Both the position numbers and the translations under genes were made by a program. DNA of 64,000 bases from Methanothrix sp. (GTDB lineage: Archaea; Halobacteriota; Methanosarcinia; Methanotrichales; Methanotrichaceae), in NCBI GenBank assembly GCA_037128175.1, contig JBAXWY010000002.1:64001-128000 (forward strand). Direction: 5' to 3'. Positions 58,952 to 64,000 of the stretch are shown piece by piece (position 1 is the stretch's first letter; every line of letters starts with the position of its first letter). The notes under the pieces were generated by a model. It was not told the DNA's origin, made no database searches, and worked only from the letters and a program-made list of their open reading frames with translations.

Positions 58952-59753
58952 CGATGAGTCTGAGCAGGTCAGCGTGCAAGAGGCCGTTCGAGCCGATCAG
59001 ATCCTTCCTCTGCCACATATTACCGTCCAGATGAAGCGCGTCTCCCAGAGAGTCGGTCACCATTCCGCCCGCCTCTTCCAGTATGATCTTTCCTGCCGCC
59101 ACATCCACCACGCGCATCATGCCCCGCAGATCCACGAAGGCATCCAGTTTTCCCGAGGCGACCAGAGCCATCTCCAGGGCGGTGCTTCCCAGGGTGCGAA
59201 TACGGCGCACAGTGTCGCCGATGGCCGCCATCCTGCCGGTATGGGGGCGCAGGGTGTAAGCGGAGATGCTGAAGTGAGAGAGGTCGGATTGGGTTGATAC
59301 TTGCATGCGGCCGCCCGGCTTTGCATAGGCGCCCCGCCCGATTTCTGCATAATAGCTTCCGCCCCGCGCCAGATCAGAGATATATCCAAAATGAAAATCG
59401 CCCTTGCTCAGGTAAATGGAGACGGAGTAGAAGGGGATGCCGGCTATGGCGTTGAAGGTGCCGTCCAGGGGATCGAGGTGCAGGAAATAGTCGGGCTTCT
59501 CGCCGATCAAGACCTCGCCGATCTCCTCGCTAAGCACCTTAAAGCCCAGGCCAGAGGAACGCAGTGTATCGAGAACGGCATTCTCTGCGGCCCGGTCGAT
59601 TTGCTTGGTGGGGGTGCCGTCCGCGCCCATCTTCACATTTTGCCCGCCTGCAGTTGTGCCGGTCATATCTTCTATGGCATCGGTCACGGCTTTAGCCGCA
59701 TTATCGCACAGTATTTTTAAATCGCTGCCTTGGGGGGAAAGTCGCTCGCTCAT
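58935..59753 (-). CDS. Bifunctional FBPase/inositol monophosphatase
   Basis: GADGTPT..ID, SEE, LDPLDGTFN, R.LGS, DVAAG. Confidence 0.93.
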   Translation of the reverse strand: MSERLSPQGSDLKILCDNAAKAVTDAIEDMTGTTAGGQNVKMGADGTPTKQIDRAAENAVLDTLRSSGLGFKVLSEEIGEVLIGEKPDYFLHLDPLDGTFNAIAGIPFYSVSIYLSKGDFHFGYISDLARGGSYYAEIGRGAYAKPGGRMQVSTQSDLSHFSISAYTLRPHTGRMAAIGDTVRRIRTLGSTALEMALVASGKLDAFVDLRGMMRVVDVAAGKIILEEAGGMVTDSLGDALHLDGNMWQRKDLIGSNGLLHADLLRLIGGGPH

Positions 59754-59864
59754 CCTTCCCCCAAAGGCATGCCCACTATAAAAGTTTCTCACTTGAGATC
59801 AAATAGCTTTATAAAATGCTAATTTGCATCATGCTATCACGTAACAATCATGGAGGGATTCTAT

Positions 59865-59960
59865 TTGATCATTGGTTTACCTACTGATACCTTTGTTGGA
59901 GTCATAATTGTGCCTGTAGCCATCTCACTATTGCTCTTGATATGGGCTCTGCGGTGGTGA
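59865..59960 (+). CDS. 31-aa symporter small accessory membrane protein
   Basis: GGAGGG RBS, TTG start, MIIGLPTDTFVGVIIVPVAISLLLLIWALRW*; TGATG overlap with the SSS start. Confidence 0.75.
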   Translation: MIIGLPTDTFVGVIIVPVAISLLLLIWALRW

Positions 59961-61498
59961 TGGGTTTGGACTTTACTGGAACCATCATAATAGTACTATA
60001 TTTCGTTGGCCTGGTGGCCATCGGAGCCATAGCCTCAAAGAAGATCAAGAACTCAGAGGATTTCCTGGTAGCAGGAAGAAATCTGGGCTTTTGGACCTTT
60101 ACTCTACTAATTGTGGCCAGCATCTGCAGCGGCATGACCATCCTCGGCGTTGCCGGTCTCGGTTATGCTACCGGCTGGCCCAGCATCTGGGAGCAGATCT
60201 TCGTGCCGCTCTCGGCTGCGGTCTGCATACTGTTCTTCGGAACCAAGCTGCACTCCGTCGCCTCCAGAACGGGCTACGTAACGGTGCAAGACTACTTCGC
60301 TCACCGCTTCTACAGCCCGAGAGGCATTCGCGGCACCTCGGCCATAATCGGCATTCTCATATCCATTATCTACCTGGTGGGGCAGTACGTCTCCATCAGC
60401 ATGGTCCTGTCCTGGCTCTTCAAGATCCCCTATGAGTGGTCTCTAGTGATTGGCGCAGTCATCGTCATGGCCTACACCATCCTTGGCGGCCTTTACGCCA
60501 TAGGCATGGCCTCCCTGGTGCAGGGGATAATGATACTGGCAGGAGTTCTGCTCGTGGGACCTGTAGTCATTTCCGCGGCGGGGGGACTGGAGCACATCAA
60601 CCTGGTCCTGGCGGGCATCGATGTGAACATGACCAGTCTCTGGTATCCGCAAGCGCATCCGCCCTATGCCAAGTACGCCTTCCTGACGCCCGAGTACCTG
60701 GTGTCGTTCTTCTTCCTGCTCACTCTGGGGCTGGCGGCAGCACCGCACGTCGTGAACAACGTCCTGGCGGCCAGAGATGTAAAGTACTTCAAGTGGGCTC
60801 CTCTGGCAGCCTTCGTCATCTATGCCGTGATCATGTACCTGTGCAAGATCACCGGCTTTGCGGCAAGGTCCATGGTCAGCGAAAAAATGATCGCCCTGCC
60901 CACGGGGGTCGCCAATCCTTCCGACTACAGCTTTATTGTGGCAGCGGAGCATGTATTCCCGACCTTCTTCGCGCCGTTGGTGGCCATAATAGTATTATCC
61001 GCAGTCATGTCTACCACGGACCGGCTCATGCTGACCATCGGCAGCTACGTGAGCTGGGATGTTTACAAGCAGTTCGTCAATAAGGATGCGTCTGAGAAGT
61101 CGATCACCCTGCTCAGCCGGGTGGCCATTGGGATTTCCACAGTCATTACGCTCTATCTGGCCTGGTCCAATCCGCCCGAGCTTTTGGCCTGGCTGATCTG
61201 GATGGCCATTGGCGTGATGCTGGCCTGTTTTGTAACGCCCCTATTTGCCGGGCTGTACTGGCGGCGGGCCACGCGCGAGGGGGCTCTTGCCTCTATGATT
61301 TTGGGGCTGGTGGGGGTATTTGCCTTCAGCTACTACGCCAAATTCATCGCGCCCATGCCCATGCACCCCAGCATATACGGATTTGCGATATCGCTGGCCG
61401 CCATGATTGTGGTTAGCTTGATGACCAAAAAACCGGACGAGAAGCTACTGGATGAGACAAGCACCGGCATGTTCATCCGGGATCGCAAGAAGGCCTGA
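59960..61498 (+). CDS. Sodium:solute symporter (PanF/PutP family)
   Basis: DFLVAGR, YTILGG, SAVMST.D, GLYWRRAT..GA. Confidence 0.92.
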   Translation: MGLDFTGTIIIVLYFVGLVAIGAIASKKIKNSEDFLVAGRNLGFWTFTLLIVASICSGMTILGVAGLGYATGWPSIWEQIFVPLSAAVCILFFGTKLHSVASRTGYVTVQDYFAHRFYSPRGIRGTSAIIGILISIIYLVGQYVSISMVLSWLFKIPYEWSLVIGAVIVMAYTILGGLYAIGMASLVQGIMILAGVLLVGPVVISAAGGLEHINLVLAGIDVNMTSLWYPQAHPPYAKYAFLTPEYLVSFFFLLTLGLAAAPHVVNNVLAARDVKYFKWAPLAAFVIYAVIMYLCKITGFAARSMVSEKMIALPTGVANPSDYSFIVAAEHVFPTFFAPLVAIIVLSAVMSTTDRLMLTIGSYVSWDVYKQFVNKDASEKSITLLSRVAIGISTVITLYLAWSNPPELLAWLIWMAIGVMLACFVTPLFAGLYWRRATREGALASMILGLVGVFAFSYYAKFIAPMPMHPSIYGFAISLAAMIVVSLMTKKPDEKLLDETSTGMFIRDRKKA

Positions 61499-61510
61499 GC
61501 CGAAAAAACC

Positions 61511-61544
61511 GGCCGGGCGGCTTCATTGAAGAGACCGCCTGGCC
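61511..61544. terminator. Hairpin between convergent genes
   Basis: GGCCGGGCGG...CCGCCTGGCC. Confidence 0.55.
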
Positions 61545-61597
61545 TTTGGCGACGGCGCATTAGTGTAGAGTCCTGAATGTTTGGACTCTATCCGTCT

Positions 61598-64000
61598 TCA
61601 AGTCCTCAATATCAGCATGAGTCCCTTTATCCACTCATTCATCGCCTGTTTGGCTATGTTCATGTCGTCAAGCTCTTTCTCCTGGTGAGCTATGTACTCG
61701 TTTCGGAAAGAATAGATTCTGTCAACCGTATCCAGCAAATCCGTTTTTGCCGCATCGACAAATGCAGCCTTTACCGCAGAGAAGATCCCGCCAGGAGGCG
61801 TTTTTGGATTCTTGGCATAATCCAAGCACCACTTCAAGAGGCCCATGGGCATGACACCGTCATTCTCGATGAGCGTCCTCTTCAGGTTATTCTCTTGCCT
61901 CTTGTAAAAGCTCTGGTCGCGGGGATGAAGGACGGTGAGATCCGGCTCGAAGAAGCGCTCCCGTTTCTTGGAGTCTTCAGGAATGGACTCTTTCAGGGTG
62001 AAGATAATGAAGGACTTGGCAGCTTCATCAATGGAGCCCAGGAGAGGAGTGAAGACGGCTGCATAGGATACATCGCTCTTCTTTTCCAGGAACGTGAAGA
62101 GGGCAATGGCTTCTTGTATGCCTTTCTTGTATTTGGGTGGCAAAAGATTGAGATCCTTTTCTGAGATAAACTCGTCCGTGGTGAGCTTTTCCAAATTGCC
62201 CTTTTCCAGGCTCAGGGGGGCCTCGATCTTCTCTTGAATCAGGCTCTGCTTGGTGGGCTCGCAGAGGGATTCGAGCGTCTCCAGACGGGTGTCATCGATC
62301 TTGGCAAAGACCTCCTGGGGAACGTAAAGATATCTCCACTCCAGGCTGCTGTGCGAGGCGGCACGGCACCAGGCATCGGCCGCCCGGATCTTGAGAGGCA
62401 CATCGATGTCCACGCGGCCTTTGGTCTCCAGCATGACGTATTTCCCGCTGTCCAGCAGCATCAGGAAATCTGGGGTGTAGTGGGCCAGCCGGCCTGCATG
62501 GGTCTGGTAGTCGATGCGTACGGCCTCGGGTCCGGCATTCTTGTCGAAAGCGACGACATCCGGGGCGCGGTCCAGGAACTGGGCCATCTCCTTCTCGAAG
62601 GCATTGGTGCAGGCCACCAGGTTGAAGGCGGTCTTGGCGGCCTCGATGGCCGGGTGGCGCTCGGAGTGGTTGGCCTGGAAAGGTTTCCAGGTGACAATGG
62701 ACTTGCTCTGGCCAAGGGCTCTTTGCTCCAGCTTGATGGTGCTCTTGCTGAGAATAAGGGGCACGAAGACAGCCCGGATGTGCTCACGCACGTCCCGATC
62801 GCCTAACCGGTTGATGAGCTGCTGGTCAAAAAGGGTGAACCTCTGGCCAAAGAGCATCTCGGTGAGGAAGATCTCCAGCAGAGGAGCAAGCGAGGAGTGC
62901 AGGCCGTGCAGCCCGGTGATGTGCTCCAGCTCGTCCCGGAAGAAGGAGATGGCGCCGATGCCGCTCTCCAGAAGGGGCAGCTTAATGGTCATCTCCTCTA
63001 CGATCTCATTGGTGAGAAGGTGGCGGCCTTCGTAGTGAATCTCATCCTGGGATTGCTCTTTTAGCGCCAGTGGTTTCAGACTGGAAAATTGCCTTCGCAC
63101 GTCCTCAACGGTCAGGCCGTCCAGTTTCGGTATGCGGGTGTAGGCAGGGGAGACTGTGGGAAGGAGCAGGTCAAGCTTGTTGAGATCCTTGTGCTCGCCA
63201 TCGGGAAAGATGCTCACGGTGATTTGTGGGATCTCGTCCACAGTGGCCACCGTTGGGTAGACGCCTTCTTCCCCTAGCTGCTTTTCGTAAAGCGATATGA
63301 AGACAGGATGCTCGATTACCGTGAGGATCTCGGCGGGGCCGCCGGGAAAGGTCATGCGGCGCAGGCCCCGGCCCAGGGTTTGCTCGGGAAGAATGTTGGC
63401 TTTGGAGGTAAAGGGCCGCAGTGGAACGATAGTAGTAACATTCTTCACGTCCCACCCTTCTCGCAGCATGAGCACGGAGACGATGCAGCGGTAAGGGCTG
63501 GTGCCCAGATCCAGTTCTCGGGATAGCTTTCTCAGCTCTCGCAGGTCCTCGTCGCTGATCTCCTTCTCGCTGGGATCGAATACCGGGATGCAGTCCTTCT
63601 TGGGGCCGATCCACTTGATCTTTCCTTTGAGGCGGGTGTGCAGGTTGATGGTCCGGTTGTTAAGCTCTGGATAGAGTGGGCTGTTGTTCAATTCCTGGGC
63701 GATCTGGTCGGCAGCTTCAGTGTCCTCGGTCATGATGAAGAGCAGCGCCTTCTTGCCGCTCCTTTCCCATTCCGCTTTGGAGAGGCTCCAGCGTTTGTAG
63801 CCGATCATGAGGTGCTGCTGGAACCGGCTGGCGGCATCGCCGCTGGGGTGCTCCACCAGGCCGTCGCCTCTGCCGATGACCGGGATTTTGACTATCCCAG
63901 CATCCACGGCCTCGCCCAGTGGCGTGTCGCAGATGACGTGCTGGAAGATGTGGCCGTGGTTGTCCTTGGGAGTGGCCGAAAAGTCGAGCTGGGCTACAAT
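61598..64000 (-). CDS. Type III restriction Res subunit (5' end outside window) with C-terminal HEPN-like domain
   Basis: DFSATP at window edge, VSVLMLREGWDV, EQTLGRGLR, YTPDF...LETKG nuclease, FRNEYIAH. Confidence 0.88.
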   Translation of the reverse strand: MVAQLDFSATPKDNHGHIFQHVICDTPLGEAVDAGIVKIPVIGRGDGLVEHPSGDAASRFQQHLMIGYKRWSLSKAEWERSGKKALLFIMTEDTEAADQIAQELNNSPLYPELNNRTINLHTRLKGKIKWIGPKKDCIPVFDPSEKEISDEDLRELRKLSRELDLGTSPYRCIVSVLMLREGWDVKNVTTIVPLRPFTSKANILPEQTLGRGLRRMTFPGGPAEILTVIEHPVFISLYEKQLGEEGVYPTVATVDEIPQITVSIFPDGEHKDLNKLDLLLPTVSPAYTRIPKLDGLTVEDVRRQFSSLKPLALKEQSQDEIHYEGRHLLTNEIVEEMTIKLPLLESGIGAISFFRDELEHITGLHGLHSSLAPLLEIFLTEMLFGQRFTLFDQQLINRLGDRDVREHIRAVFVPLILSKSTIKLEQRALGQSKSIVTWKPFQANHSERHPAIEAAKTAFNLVACTNAFEKEMAQFLDRAPDVVAFDKNAGPEAVRIDYQTHAGRLAHYTPDFLMLLDSGKYVMLETKGRVDIDVPLKIRAADAWCRAASHSSLEWRYLYVPQEVFAKIDDTRLETLESLCEPTKQSLIQEKIEAPLSLEKGNLEKLTTDEFISEKDLNLLPPKYKKGIQEAIALFTFLEKKSDVSYAAVFTPLLGSIDEAAKSFIIFTLKESIPEDSKKRERFFEPDLTVLHPRDQSFYKRQENNLKRTLIENDGVMPMGLLKWCLDYAKNPKTPPGGIFSAVKAAFVDAAKTDLLDTVDRIYSFRNEYIAHQEKELDDMNIAKQAMNEWIKGLMLILRT

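Noticed and set aside
252-63614. Many long antisense or overlapping ORFs (e.g. 252-1202, 8227-9234, 20724-21551, 46308-47153, 61577-62164)
   Set aside because: They are shadow frames of well-supported genes in GC-rich coding DNA and show no family motifs.

Overview
This window looks like chromosome of a Methanothrix (Methanosaeta)-like methanogenic archaeon; the taxonomy is inferred from gene content. Core genes include the thiolase/HMG-CoA synthase/DUF35 cluster, an intron-containing tRNA-Gly(TCC), carS, the full mtrEDCBAFGH operon, cofD/cofG, sepF, egsA, hef, oapABC, argG, ino1, trpDFEGC, FBPase/IMPase plus NAD kinase, two sodium:solute symporters and the 3' part of a type III restriction Res gene. 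The most unusual region is an accessory island at about 10.0-16.1 kb. It holds five copies of a GTAAAC-N17-G(T/C)TTAC palindrome that resembles a BirA operator, each just downstream of a TATA box. Three of these promoters lead into paralogous ~100-nt structured non-coding units, and the other two lead into an SSS transporter and a 52-aa membrane protein. The island also carries several unannotated microproteins, a tandem winged-helix-like ORF, a Topo VI-A/Spo11-like protein that has lost its metal-binding residues, and a DUF2958-like gene. Elsewhere, a TnpB-only IS200/IS605 element appears to have split an ino1-cupin fusion gene and has a 47-bp mini-element inside its left-end hairpin. The Res protein carries a C-terminal HEPN-like (RxxxxxH) domain. 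All calls come from manual motif recognition; no searches were run.
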